Shown here: piece after piece, positions 10,530 to 21,569 of the stretch | Position numbering within the stretch: the stretch's first letter is position 1 | Layout: the number at the start of each line of letters is the position of its first letter | NCBI GenBank assembly: GCA_963801605.1 | Contig: CAWDFP010000007.1 | Span: 288,001 to 352,000 of the forward strand | Source: an uncultured candidate division Zixibacteria bacterium | GTDB lineage: Bacteria > Zixibacteria > MSB-5A5 > UBA10806 | Direction: 5' to 3' | Length of the DNA stretch: 64,000 nucleotides | The notes under the pieces: model-generated | Told to the model about the DNA's origin: nothing | The model's database searches: none | What the model saw: only the letters and a program-made list of their open reading frames with translations | Program-made: the position numbers and the translations under genes

Positions 10530-11849
10530 CTACCTGCCCAGGGCTCTTTCCACCTGGGATACCGCGATATTATATTGATAGCTGGCCTGCACCTGATTTT
10601 GCTGAGCCTGAGTCAGCGAGGCTTCCGCTGTTAGAAGATCCAGAATGGTCGCAGCGCCCAGCCCATATTTTTCTTTTACTAGATTGAGGTCTTCCTGGGC
10701 CGATGCCACTGATTCATCTGAAAGCTGCTTGGTTCCCTCGGCCTGAGCTAAAGACAGATACGCTTGTTTAACCGCCAGAGCTACATTGTTTTTGGTCGTA
10801 TAAAGGTTTTCGCTTGATGTTAGTGCGTCGTTTTTGGCCTTCTTGATTGCGGCGTAATCACCGAAGCCGTTGAAAATATTGAAGCCTAAACTGGCGAACA
10901 TTGTATAGGCGGCATCAGGTTCTTTGAAATCAAAAAGGCTTGAAAATTTATCCACGCTGGTGCGATGAGTAAGCCCAAGCGAAATACTGGGAAGGAGATT
11001 GCTGCATGCCATCATTTTATTATCCTTGGCAATGGCGTAATCGGATTGAGCCCGGCGCAAATCCGGATTATTTTTCAATGCCTCGTCGAGCGCCGCATCA
11101 TAGCTCATATTAAATTGAGATGTCGGCAGGTTCTCGTCAATTTCGATCCCCCGGTTGACATCGATTCCTATATCGAATGCCAGAGTAACCAGCGCTAATT
11201 GATAATTATTCGTCTGTGTCACTGAATCGAGCTGGTCGTTGCCAAGCTGTACTCTTGCCTTAAGTACGTCAGACATCGACGCCGCGCCCAACTCATACCT
11301 GCTTTGAGCGACACGCAGCCCTTCCTGGTCTCTTTTAACGGCATCATTGGCAACGCCTACCAGGCTCTTAGCTCTGATGATTCCGAAATAGTCGGCTTTT
11401 ATTTGCTGAACGATTGTGCTTTGGGTAGATGTCAGGTTGTAATACGACGAATTTCTGGAATGATATGTCCTTTTAAAATTGGCGTAAGTGCCGATTCCCA
11501 GGCCGGTGTAAGTCACGCTAAAGCTCAAGGCACCACCGTAACTTGTGGTGCCCTTGGCCAGCGAGAGAACCGTTGTATCACCGGTAACAGGATTAACCAA
11601 AATGGAACTGCGGCTCACTCCGGACCAGTTGCGATTGGCGCTGGTCGAAATCGAAATCGATGGCAGAATCGAACCCCAGGCGGTGTAGGTTTGCGCTCGC
11701 GATGTAGAGTAAGCGTTTCTTGCCGATTGGATGCTGAAATTGTTCTTCAGCGCCATATCGATACATTGATTAAGATTCATGGTTTCGGCAGCAGCGACCT
11801 GAAAAGAAACAAGTGTCGCCATGATAGCTATCAGGATTTTAATTTTCAT
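10530..11849 (-). CDS. TolC-family outer membrane efflux protein
   Basis: Signal peptide; two OEP repeats (RYELGAAS..DVL.A; KYGLGAATILDLLTA). Confidence 0.9.
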   Translation of the reverse strand: MKIKILIAIMATLVSFQVAAAETMNLNQCIDMALKNNFSIQSARNAYSTSRAQTYTAWGSILPSISISTSANRNWSGVSRSSILVNPVTGDTTVLSLAKGTTSYGGALSFSVTYTGLGIGTYANFKRTYHSRNSSYYNLTSTQSTIVQQIKADYFGIIRAKSLVGVANDAVKRDQEGLRVAQSRYELGAASMSDVLKARVQLGNDQLDSVTQTNNYQLALVTLAFDIGIDVNRGIEIDENLPTSQFNMSYDAALDEALKNNPDLRRAQSDYAIAKDNKMMACSNLLPSISLGLTHRTSVDKFSSLFDFKEPDAAYTMFASLGFNIFNGFGDYAAIKKAKNDALTSSENLYTTKNNVALAVKQAYLSLAQAEGTKQLSDESVASAQEDLNLVKEKYGLGAATILDLLTAEASLTQAQQNQVQASYQYNIAVSQVERALGR

Positions 11850-11866
11850 GATCTCCCCTTATGATT

Positions 11867-12649
11867 TTATGTCAAACCGGATAATGCCATTTGGAAATTA
11901 AAATATGGAATGAAACTGTTGATGACAATCCATACGGCCCACAGAATCAACATCGCGACAATGCCCTTGGTACGGCTGATTCCATATATCACCGAAAACC
12001 CAATCCCGATCACGATTACCGCCCAGATGTTAAAAAAGCTCAGATTCCTCAAGAAATAAAAAACCGAGCTGAATGGGTCGGGAGTAACCAGCGCCGCAGG
12101 CGAAAGCGAAATATTATGCGATCCCTTTATAATCATCAGCGGCGTTGTTACTATAATGCCAATAATCCAGATAGGGAAAACCCAGGAGTACATCGACATT
12201 ACCTTGGGATATTTTGCGACTCCTCCGAAGAAAATGGAACCAACCAGGAAAATGGCGGTCACCACTATAAAAAATGCTATGCCTCTCATAATGAAAGCGC
12301 TAATTATCGTAATAATTACGTTCTTAGGTCCCAATTTAGCCGATTCGTCAAACTGCTCGTTAGCTTTTTGAATGGCTTCCTCCGGCATATTCGGAATTTT
12401 GCTGAGATAAGCCATGGTATCCTGGCGGACGGTTGGCATTATATACGGCTGCGCGATCAACCCCGCCACTATTGAGACCAAAATTATCGCAATAAGTGGC
12501 GTCCACCATGACGTTTTTCTTTGAAGACTTTCAAACAATTTTGTTGGATTGGTAAAAAGCAGGGTCAGCTTCTCTACAATACCCGGCTCCACAAGCGGAG
12601 TAGTAATTGCTTGCGATTCAGTCGGGGTCGTTGCATTTGCATCATCCAT
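11867..12649 (-). CDS. Yip1-family membrane protein (YknW-like)
   Basis: F.NPTKLFESL..K.SWW.P; about five TM segments; leads the exporter operon as yknW does in B. subtilis yknWXYZ. Confidence 0.75.
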   Translation of the reverse strand: MDDANATTPTESQAITTPLVEPGIVEKLTLLFTNPTKLFESLQRKTSWWTPLIAIILVSIVAGLIAQPYIMPTVRQDTMAYLSKIPNMPEEAIQKANEQFDESAKLGPKNVIITIISAFIMRGIAFFIVVTAIFLVGSIFFGGVAKYPKVMSMYSWVFPIWIIGIIVTTPLMIIKGSHNISLSPAALVTPDPFSSVFYFLRNLSFFNIWAVIVIGIGFSVIYGISRTKGIVAMLILWAVWIVINSFIPYFNFQMALSGLT

Positions 12650-12758
12650 TTTAATTTCCTTTCACCAGGATACAACCGGTTTTATTAACGTAAAACAGGG
12701 ACAATTGTTTCAAATCACCACCACGTTTATATACCGATGGCTGACTGTTTTATTCAAA

Positions 12759-13397
12759 TCAAAGCTGGGGAATTCCGATATGATGATATACGGTTAGCCC
12801 CCAGTTGATCGAATCGCCGCCCGGCATCCTGCCAATATAATTTGCCTTATAACCGAATATCTCGTATCGGCTATAATTTACGAAGTTGGCGCCGAGATAG
12901 AGCGAAATCGCCAGCCCATCGCTTACATTATATCTAAAATCTAAATTGCCTGTAAAACCCAAACCGGAGAAATCATCATCGACCTCGTTCTCCCCTGCGA
13001 GACGCTTCCCCGAAATATCAAAAAAACCGGCTCCCGCAGCAATGACAGTTTCCAATTTCTTATACCTGAACGGGATTCCTCTGGCTTTTAAGAAAAAAGC
13101 GGTCTTCCCGGCGTTTTCCTCTATTATAGCCCCGCCGGCCCGAGTACCAAGATCGAAATCGTGGTTCGTATGCATCGCTCCTAATTCCAAACCGCCCCAA
13201 TTCCATATATCATAGCCAAGATTAACTGTATAACCTATTCCGCCCTTCATATTTGTATAGGGACGGTTATGGGTGCCGCTGGCCGGACGGTCATATATTA
13301 ATCCGCCCTCGATAGAAAATCCGGGCCGGGCTAATGCGCCGGAACAAATAATCGATAGCCCTACTAATGTTAGAGTCAGAAAATATAATATTCGCAT
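12759..13397 (-). CDS. Outer membrane beta-barrel protein
   Basis: Signal peptide; alternating amphipathic Gly/aromatic strands; ends WGLTVYHHI. Confidence 0.6.
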   Translation of the reverse strand: MRILYFLTLTLVGLSIICSGALARPGFSIEGGLIYDRPASGTHNRPYTNMKGGIGYTVNLGYDIWNWGGLELGAMHTNHDFDLGTRAGGAIIEENAGKTAFFLKARGIPFRYKKLETVIAAGAGFFDISGKRLAGENEVDDDFSGLGFTGNLDFRYNVSDGLAISLYLGANFVNYSRYEIFGYKANYIGRMPGGDSINWGLTVYHHIGIPQL

Positions 13398-13607
13398 AGG
13401 TAGATTTTAGCAGTCTTAGGCTTCCAAAGCAAGCGAAAAAAGGTAGAAAAAGCTTAAAATTATCTCTAAGCTTGTCATTCTCGTTTATTAAATTATCGAC
13501 GATATAGCCTAAGTTATCTTTTTGCTTGACAACTCCCTGCTTAATATCATTTATGTCTCATTGAGGGGCTAAAAACGCAAACTATTTATAACTTGAAAGG
13601 AGATAAA

Positions 13608-14279
13608 ATGAAAAAACTGGGAATTTTCTTTATCGTCGCAGTGCTTATTTTCGGCTTAATCGGTTGTGCTTCAATGAAGCGTAGAGATAAAGGTGCCATT
13701 ATCGGAGCGGCCTCCGGTGGTGTAATTGGCGGTATTATCGGCAAACAGGCCGGAAATACGGCTGTTGGCGCAATTTTGGGCGCAGCGGTTGGCGGAGCGG
13801 CTGGCGCTTATATCGGCAACTATATGGATAAGCAAGCTGCCGATCTGCAAGCCGATCTCGAAGGCGCCAAGATTGAGCGCGTTGGCGAGGGCATTAAAAT
13901 CACCTTTAGCTCCGGCATCCTATTTAATGTCAATAAATCGGATCTGCAACCCACCGCCCAGGATAATCTTCAAAAGCTGGCGACTATCCTTAATAAATAC
14001 CCGGACACCCAGGTCCTTATCGAGGGCCATACCGACAGCGACGGCAAAGAAGATTACAACATGGATCTTTCGATGAGAAGAGCCAACTCGGTGGCTACTT
14101 ATCTATCCGGCCTTCAGGTTGACCCCACCCGGTTCCATACCATGGGCTATGGCGAAACCCAGCCTGTCGCCTCCAATGATACCGTTGAGGGCAAGGCTCA
14201 GAATCGTCGCGTCGAGATCGCTATCTTTGCCAACGATAAGCTCAAACATGCAGCTGAGGAAAAAGAATCTAAAGGTTAA
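13608..14279 (+). CDS. OmpA-family lipoprotein with glycine zipper (YiaD-like)
   Basis: Lipobox LIGC; Gly zipper; IEGHTDS, NMDLS.RRA, GYGE.QP, AQNRRVEI; AAAGGAG RBS before ATG 13608. Confidence 0.93.
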   Translation: MKKLGIFFIVAVLIFGLIGCASMKRRDKGAIIGAASGGVIGGIIGKQAGNTAVGAILGAAVGGAAGAYIGNYMDKQAADLQADLEGAKIERVGEGIKITFSSGILFNVNKSDLQPTAQDNLQKLATILNKYPDTQVLIEGHTDSDGKEDYNMDLSMRRANSVATYLSGLQVDPTRFHTMGYGETQPVASNDTVEGKAQNRRVEIAIFANDKLKHAAEEKESKG

Positions 14280-14302
14280 TTGAAACAGCTTAACCAATCT
14301 TG

Positions 14303-14336
14303 AAACCGTCGGGAGCAAAATCCGGCGGTTTTTTTT
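14303..14336 (+). terminator. Rho-independent terminator
   Basis: aaaccgtcgg/ccggcggttt stem followed by T-run. Confidence 0.8.
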
Positions 14337-14415
14337 ATTTGTTAATTTGCCGCTTGAATACGTCGCTTAAATATCCTATGATTTATTTTTCGAATAACAA
14401 AACCGGAGATTTCGG

Positions 14416-15252
14416 ATGATAATACCCGGCCTGCTCATAATCAGCCTGCTAATTTCTACACAAGATTCGACAACAGTCTGTACATATTCGTGGCTTAGTG
14501 GAAATCCCAAAAATGAAAATATTGCCGGCCGTTTTGCGGTTCCGGACGGGTTTGTGCGCCAATCAGAGATCGCAGGAAGCTTTGAAGATTGGCTAAGGCA
14601 CCTCCCTTTGAAAGATGGGAATCCGCCGGTTCATCTTTTCGATGGTAATCTGAGTCTCAATCAAAACGCTCATATTGCCGTAATTGATATCGATACGGGC
14701 CGGGAAAATCTTCAACAGTGCGCCGATGCCGTAATCAGATTAAGGGCTGAATATCTTTATTCTATCGGAAAGAATAACGATATCTGCTTTAATTTCACCA
14801 GCGGCGATAAAGCTCTATTCAGGAAATGGATCGATGGATACCGCCCCATCGTTTTGGGAAATAAAGTATCCTGGCGGCATTCGGCTAAAACCGATTCATC
14901 ATATATTGTTTTTCGAAATTATCTCGATACTGTATTTCGATATGCCGGCACCTTTTCCTTAAAAAAGGAATTAGTCAAGGTTGATGATCCAACTCGAATG
15001 AAAATCGGTGATGTTTTTATTCAAGGCGGTTTTCCCGGACACGCCGTTATCATTGTAGATATCGCTTATGATAAAAGTAAAAACGAGAAACTATTCATGT
15101 TGGCTCAAAGCTTCATGCCGGCACAAGAGATTCATATTTTGCGCAATCCCATCGATAGCAACATCAGCCCCTGGTATCGAATCGAGGCGGATAAGGCGCT
15201 AATCACGCCTCAATGGACTTTTGAATTTAGCGATTTAATGCGATTCAAATAA
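14416..15252 (+). CDS. DUF4846-family secreted protein
   Basis: LQQCADAVIRLRAEY, GGFPGHAVIIVD, LAQSFMPAQ motifs (conserved Cys/His). Confidence 0.8.
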   Translation: MIIPGLLIISLLISTQDSTTVCTYSWLSGNPKNENIAGRFAVPDGFVRQSEIAGSFEDWLRHLPLKDGNPPVHLFDGNLSLNQNAHIAVIDIDTGRENLQQCADAVIRLRAEYLYSIGKNNDICFNFTSGDKALFRKWIDGYRPIVLGNKVSWRHSAKTDSSYIVFRNYLDTVFRYAGTFSLKKELVKVDDPTRMKIGDVFIQGGFPGHAVIIVDIAYDKSKNEKLFMLAQSFMPAQEIHILRNPIDSNISPWYRIEADKALITPQWTFEFSDLMRFK

Positions 15253-15286
15253 AAACGGGATGCTCTAAGAACTATTTTTAGCCGCT

Positions 15287-15637
15287 CTACTCTGTCAAAG
15301 TCACGATATAAATATATCGTAAGGGTCCCGAGCCGATATTTAGCACATTATGTTCGGTATTGGGAGGATTATAGGCAATAAGACCGTTGGCAATCTCTAA
15401 ATCGGGGTGACCCTTTGCGGATAGTCTCCCCTTCCCCTCCAGGACGATAAGCAGTTCCTCATACTTTTTGGTACTATGCCAACCCACATCCTTGCCGGGC
15501 GCCAGGGTTACCATTCCCGAACGGATACAAAGGCTTTCCTCTTTACCCAATATTTCGAAATAATCCTGGCTGTCGGTTGGTAATACTTTTATAAATGGCT
15601 TTTTGGTAGTCTGCTCAGGATTTGATGACATACTCAC
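15287..15637 (-). CDS. Cupin domain protein
   Basis: L.PG...GWHST...EELL.VLEGKG; PPNTEHNV.N. Confidence 0.85.
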   Translation of the reverse strand: MSMSSNPEQTTKKPFIKVLPTDSQDYFEILGKEESLCIRSGMVTLAPGKDVGWHSTKKYEELLIVLEGKGRLSAKGHPDLEIANGLIAYNPPNTEHNVLNIGSGPLRYIYIVTLTE

Positions 15638-15681
15638 TTTTACTTCATCCTTTCAAACATTAATCTCACGATAGCTATCGC

Positions 15682-16311
15682 CTACTGCAAGCCGGGGAAT
15701 AGCTCCAGAAGTCCGCTCGAGATAAACTCCACGGCAATCGCCGAAAGGAGCAAACCCATAATTCGAGTAATATTGTTAAGCCCGGTTCGTCCCAGCTTTT
15801 TACTGAGAGGAATAGAAAGCCGAAGCGAAATCCAGATTAGCGCGCAAACCAGGAGAATACTAAAGACTAAATAGAGCTTTGACTTTGGCTCGGTGTATCT
15901 ATGCGTGAATATTATTACTGTGCTTATGGCCGCCGGACCTGCCAACAGCGGTACCGCTAACGGCACCACAGCCACGTTCTCTTTCCCCTCGGCTTCCTTC
16001 GATTCCTCCGGCGTTTGCTTGACCGGGCTGATTCTGGCATTCATCATCGAGATAGCGGTCAGAAGTACTAATATCCCTCCGCCCACCTTGAATGATGCTA
16101 TGCTGATCCCGAATAAGCGCAGGAATATCTCACCCACAAGTGTTGATATTATCAGGAGTATCGCCGCGGCGATTGCTGCCGTGCGGGCAATCCTCGTGCG
16201 CTCCTGAACTGAATCACCTGCCGTCAGACCCAAAAATATCGGGATTGCTCCCAGGGGATCGACAATCACGATGATTGCAGTCAGCATTTCCAGATAATCG
16301 TGCCAGTGCAT
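15682..16311 (-). CDS. MarC-family membrane protein
   Basis: VDPLGAIP.F; VVPLAVPLLAGP; TRIMGLLLSAIAVE. Confidence 0.92.
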   Translation of the reverse strand: MHWHDYLEMLTAIIVIVDPLGAIPIFLGLTAGDSVQERTRIARTAAIAAAILLIISTLVGEIFLRLFGISIASFKVGGGILVLLTAISMMNARISPVKQTPEESKEAEGKENVAVVPLAVPLLAGPAAISTVIIFTHRYTEPKSKLYLVFSILLVCALIWISLRLSIPLSKKLGRTGLNNITRIMGLLLSAIAVEFISSGLLELFPGLQ

Positions 16312-16407
16312 AATAGACTCCGAAATGATTTTAACTGTTTTATATGAAATTGTAAATATTATTTATTGCCCGATTGGAATTGGGCTGCATTTATTACTGC
16401 AACTCAA

Positions 16408-18568
16408 TCACTTAATCAAAAGCATTTTACTGGATGATGTTTTCTCGCCCGCTTTAAGCCTGTAGAAATAAATACCCGATGGAGCATTTTCAGCGTCCCA
16501 TTTTATCTGATGAAATCCGGCTTCCTGATATTCGTTTACAAGCTCCCTTACCTTTCTGCCCGAAATATCGAATATATCAAGCTTTACTTCCGAAGCGAAA
16601 GGCAGGTTGTATTTAATAGTTGTGGCCGCATTGAACGGATTGGGATAGTTTTGCATTAAAGCAAAATCCGATGGTAATAAATCTCCCGTTTCATTGATAT
16701 CATCGGGCCGTGTAAATTTTAGAATCATAAGTGAACTCATATCGGCCACCAGAACGTTACCGCCCGCAAGCGAAACATCGTATGCAATTGACGGCGTGTT
16801 ATATCTTCCGAGTTGAACTGGATAAGTTGGATTTGAAATATCATAAACGAGCAGCCCAGCTTGCATATCAGCCACGTAAATAAGGCCGTTTTCTACCGTA
16901 ATTCCATAGCCTTCGTCGGGCAATTCATATAGGGTTGCCAGCGTGGGTGCCGATGGATCGGAGATATCGATAATTTCGATATCGCCGTGCCTTTCAAAAT
17001 CGTATGTGGCAGCATACACGAAATTGCCTTCAACATCGATATCGCCAGGCGCGTAACGAAAATGCCAGTAATCGCCTCGAAATTGGGGTTCGGCCGGATT
17101 TGAAATATCGTATATTCTCATCCCGATCGCCGGATACGGGATACAAAAAATAACAGGAAAAAAGATAATTACCCGATGTATATAATTGGGTCGCTTCAAA
17201 TTCTGAATCGATTGTAATGCCCAGCACAGGGGATTCGGGATTCGATACATCGACCGCAGTGATACCCATATGACCCAGGTAAACATAATTGCCTGATTTT
17301 GCGATACTCTGAACCGTGCCCAAAGAGCATGACAGAGAAACCGCATTCATATTTCCGGGGTTGCTGATATCCACTATGAGAAGCCCCTGATTTGACTCCG
17401 TTATATACGCATAATCATCGGATATTAGATAATCGGTAGTAAAAGACATTGAATCAGTATAAATCTGAACCGGAACAGGGCGGGATGGCTCGCTAATATC
17501 TACTGAGATCAGATTGTAGTTCCAGGGGCTGTCGCTAATTCCCAATATATAAGCATAGTCCCCTTTAGTAACGACCTTTCGAATCGATCCGCCCGTAAAA
17601 TATCTACCCTCGATATAAGGGGCGCCCGGATCGGTAATTCCCATAATCATGATTGATGAATAGTCGGCCAGGAATGCCAGGTTGTCGCCTATTTCCATCG
17701 AGTATGCAAATCCGGGTGTATCGCATGATCCCACAATCGTTGGTTGGGTGGGATTTGCAATATTTATAATCTGCAACCCTGATCGAGAATCGCCGATAAA
17801 AGCGTAATTATCGCGCAAAGTTACTGTCAGGGCATCGCCGGGCGTTTCGCAATTTCCGACTATCACCGGAGCGGCAGGATCGGTAATATCCATTATTATT
17901 AACCCATCGCGCGAATCAGAGATATAAAGGAAATTATCTCTAACGGTGGCCCCACGCATATAACCGCGGTTGAAGAATGTATAAATCGATTCGGGCATGA
18001 CTCGATTTGAAATATCTAATACCAGCAGACCGCTCCCCTCGCTTACGACATAAGCGTAATCGCCGGAAACAGCAAAGGACCGCGGATAGCCCCCGAATCT
18101 GGTTTGAGATATGTGAGTAATATTTAATGGCGATGATATATCAAAAATATGAAAATCGAAAGTCATCGAGGTATCGTTAGATTGCAGATATGCATAATTA
18201 CCATCTATTTTAACGCATGTTGTCATTCCTGAGAGCGCAAAATGACCAACTATCGCCGGATTTACAGGATTTGAAATATCAACGACATAAAACCCCGAAT
18301 CATAATTTGCCAGGTAGGCATAATTGCCAAGCAGGGCTATGTCGGATGATCCCTCTATGGGGAGTTGAGTGACAAACGCCGGATATGTGGCATCGGATTT
18401 ATCCAAAACCAACAAGCCGTTATAATAAGCGCAATAGGCAAAATCACCATTAATGCCAAGGTTTTCAACTTCATTCCACAAACCCGATCCAACATAATCG
18501 ACATTTTGCGCCTGGACGTTATAAAGAGCAAAGAGCAGCATGATCGATATGAATATTATCCGCTTCAC
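16408..18568 (-). CDS. Secreted LVIVD-repeat protein with YPNPFN-type C-terminal sorting domain; frameshift near 17120-17165
   Basis: Many YAY.A....GL.I.DIS.P..P repeats; QNYPNPFN...SGIYFYRL...KMLLIK; 719 aa after removing 1 nt. Confidence 0.85.
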
Positions 18569-18766
18569 TTGATCCTCCCCTTATCCTCAGGCCCCACAAC
18601 CAAATTCCTGCATATCCAAACCGTGCCCCCACAATTCGCCAGCCGATATATTAATACTGATTGTCAATTATAATCTGAATTAGCGGATATGAAAAGCTTT
18701 TTTCTAAAAAATATAATCGAATGTATAGCATTACATATTCGTCAAATCAAGGGATTAGACCAAATC

Positions 18767-18796
18767 AAAACGGCCAGGTCGCGAAACCCGGCCGTT
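18767..18796 (-). terminator. Terminator hairpin after S8 peptidase
   Basis: aacggcc/ggccgtt stem with short U-tract on minus strand. Confidence 0.6.
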
Positions 18797-18819
18797 CATA
18801 AAAAAACAAATCTATGTAA

Positions 18820-21405
18820 TTATCTCAACAACGTCATACGATGAGCGTCCGTTGCCCCGGAGGCGTCAAGCTTATAGAGATAAACTCCGCTGGCAACATC
18901 ATGTCCGGCCTCATCTCTGCCATCCCAAACGATGCTATGCTGACCGGCGGGCAGATCGTTTGATATCAATGTCCTCACCCGTCTGCCAAGCAAATCATAT
19001 ACGCTCAAATCAACCTGCCCCTTGGCGGGCAGCGAAAACGAAATCATCGTCGTAGGATTAAACGGATTAGGATAATTCTGATTAAGGCTGAAAGCCGTTG
19101 GCGTAACGGTACCATTATCGGCAACGCCTGTTGGAGTCCAGGTGATCGTGGCATCATCTATATAGACACCTTCGCGCTGGCCGGTAGCGTCGGTAACGAA
19201 ATGGAATCTGAGCCTGACATCGTTATGCCCAACGAACGGAGTTAAATTGCCCGTAGATTGAGTAAAGCTAAAAATTGAACCGGTTATCGATGGTCCAATG
19301 CGAGTCCAGGTATTTCCGCCGTCGCTTGAGGCCTCAACATGAAGGGAGTCATGACCGCTTTGCATTACCCCGCGCCAGTAGAACGAAAAGCTGGCGGCCG
19401 ATACCCTCGAAAGATCGAGCACGAATTTCGATTGCAGCCAGCTATCGACACCATTCTTATAGTTGCCTGTGGGAGAATCGGTCATGCTTAAAAAATTGCT
19501 GCGCGCATATTTAACATTCAAACCCCAGGAATCTTTCGTTCCGCCCGATTCCCAGTACATCAGGCCGTTGTCGAAATTGTCGGTAAACTGTGTGGCGTCC
19601 AGATCAAAGGCTAAGGGATGATTCAGGCCGCCGATCGGGTAGTAAGCATAATTGCTGTCAGAATCGAATGCCTTAAAATAATACTGAATTGTAGTTCCCG
19701 TTTGCCCCGGAATTTGACCCAGGAAACCGGTGCTGTCGATACTATTTAATTGCAGCTCGGCAAAATCGCCCGACGTGCCGTTTCTCCAGTACAGTAACAC
19801 GCCTACAATCCCTTCACCGCCGTTAGCATCGATACCGAAACTGATCGGTTGACCTGCCGCGGCGCTCAAGAGCGGATGGAAATCAAAAACAATATCGCCT
19901 TGCGGATGATAATACAGCGCCCGTCCTACATCCATGATGCCCCAACCGTAGGCATTGCCTACCGAATCGGTTTTGCTGGCAGTCATCATTAAAGCTTCGC
20001 GTACCATCAAATTGGTCCAGTTGGGATGAGCCGAGAGAAGTACCCCGCTTGCCCCGCCAACCAGCGGCGTCGAAAGAGAGGTACCATCGGATGTGGTAAA
20101 GCCCGACATATCGTTAGGATCGGCACATGCTGTCGACATCCCCTGAGCGCAAACCTCCGGCTTGATACGGCCATCAAAGGTAGGTCCCCAGGAGGAAAAA
20201 CCTGCCAAAAATCCGCTGTTATCAACAGCGCCGCATGAAAGAATTGAATCTGCGTCCGCCGGAGCTACCAGCGAACCGTCGCTGTTGCCCTCGTTACCCA
20301 TCGCGTTGCAGACCGTAATGCCATTATAAGCCGCTAAGGCCGCCGCAATCGTGACTACTGCCGTATGTCCATTCAGATCGCTATATGAATAATCTCCCTG
20401 GCCGTAATCAAACACCCTGTATCCCAATGATGATGAAATTACCGATGCCCCGATTGAATCCGCCCATTGCGCACCCGCAGCCCAGTTATCTTCTTCAATG
20501 TGACGTTCCGATGATATATCCTCGGTTTTGGCCAAAATAAAATTCGCCAGATATGACGGCCCATACAGGTGCCCCGATGATTCGCCGCCAAGAGTTGACC
20601 AGGTTGCCGTGCCATGATCGGCCTGGCCGGGCGTGTCCTGAGATAGATCTAAATCAGTGTTAAAATCATGATTAATAAAATCATATTGCGCTAACAACCG
20701 CCCGCCGGAAATAATATTCTGAAATGCGGTATGTTCCTGCTTATATCCGACATCCATCATGCAAACGATAACGCCCTGGCCTTTAAATCCAAGCTCATGA
20801 GCGGTTACGACATTAATCTGATTTAACTGACCTGCCGAGGAGCCATAATTGAGGGTAGTCAAAATTACATCCGCCGGCGCTGAGGGAGCTGACGGTAGCT
20901 CAATCTCACAAGGCGATCCCGCTACGATTTTCATGAGACGTGCGAATGACAGGTTAGCGATTGCCTGGGTTTGCTCTTTGGTAGCATTAACCGATATGGC
21001 GTTGAACCATTTAAGCGTCTGCCGAAGCTTCGCTCCGGTTGCCAGCACTTGATTAACGTAAGGGCTATAAACCGGCAGATCGCGAAAATCTACTATTTCA
21101 TCACGACCGCGGGATTTCAGACGCCGTTCCCGAGCAGTCGGAGTTAATGATGCTTCGGCGCTTTCAAGCGCGCTGGAATATGCGCCTTGAGTTGAAATAC
21201 CTTTATCGGTGAAAAAGACCATCACCGGAATAGTCTTTCCTTCGTTTAATGTTGTCATTTTGGTGATCAGATTATTATCCATCACCTGTGAAGCGCGTTC
21301 CATCCTGAGGGTATGAGGCCCGTTCCAGGCAGTCGAATTTTCCATCGCTTGAGTCGAAATTGTAAATGCAAAGAACAAAATTAAAACGCAAATATAGGCA
21401 CGCAT
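18820..21405 (-). CDS. Secreted S8 (subtilisin-like) serine peptidase with C-terminal YPNPFN/FlgD-Ig domain
   Basis: Triad motifs MDVG, DHGT, GTSLSTP; oxyanion AMGNEG; QNYPNPFNP...ASGVYLYKL; ATG 21405 with GGAGG. Confidence 0.92.
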   Translation of the reverse strand: MRAYICVLILFFAFTISTQAMENSTAWNGPHTLRMERASQVMDNNLITKMTTLNEGKTIPVMVFFTDKGISTQGAYSSALESAEASLTPTARERRLKSRGRDEIVDFRDLPVYSPYVNQVLATGAKLRQTLKWFNAISVNATKEQTQAIANLSFARLMKIVAGSPCEIELPSAPSAPADVILTTLNYGSSAGQLNQINVVTAHELGFKGQGVIVCMMDVGYKQEHTAFQNIISGGRLLAQYDFINHDFNTDLDLSQDTPGQADHGTATWSTLGGESSGHLYGPSYLANFILAKTEDISSERHIEEDNWAAGAQWADSIGASVISSSLGYRVFDYGQGDYSYSDLNGHTAVVTIAAALAAYNGITVCNAMGNEGNSDGSLVAPADADSILSCGAVDNSGFLAGFSSWGPTFDGRIKPEVCAQGMSTACADPNDMSGFTTSDGTSLSTPLVGGASGVLLSAHPNWTNLMVREALMMTASKTDSVGNAYGWGIMDVGRALYYHPQGDIVFDFHPLLSAAAGQPISFGIDANGGEGIVGVLLYWRNGTSGDFAELQLNSIDSTGFLGQIPGQTGTTIQYYFKAFDSDSNYAYYPIGGLNHPLAFDLDATQFTDNFDNGLMYWESGGTKDSWGLNVKYARSNFLSMTDSPTGNYKNGVDSWLQSKFVLDLSRVSAASFSFYWRGVMQSGHDSLHVEASSDGGNTWTRIGPSITGSIFSFTQSTGNLTPFVGHNDVRLRFHFVTDATGQREGVYIDDATITWTPTGVADNGTVTPTAFSLNQNYPNPFNPTTMISFSLPAKGQVDLSVYDLLGRRVRTLISNDLPAGQHSIVWDGRDEAGHDVASGVYLYKLDASGATDAHRMTLLR

Positions 21406-21569
21406 TATTCCTCCAGGAGGTTTTGTATAGTTATGCACATCTTGAAATAACAGCGCAGAGTGAGTTCTGTCAAGGAGTTTTGCTTCTTATCCCCGGTTAC
21501 AATTCATCCAAAATAAGTGTAATTCGAGGAAAACTTGCCGCTAAATTCTTAAATGCAATCCACGTTTGA

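Noticed and set aside
5968..12475. Many plus-strand ORFs across the exporter operon, and similar ones elsewhere
   Set aside because: Antisense to well-supported genes and without motifs
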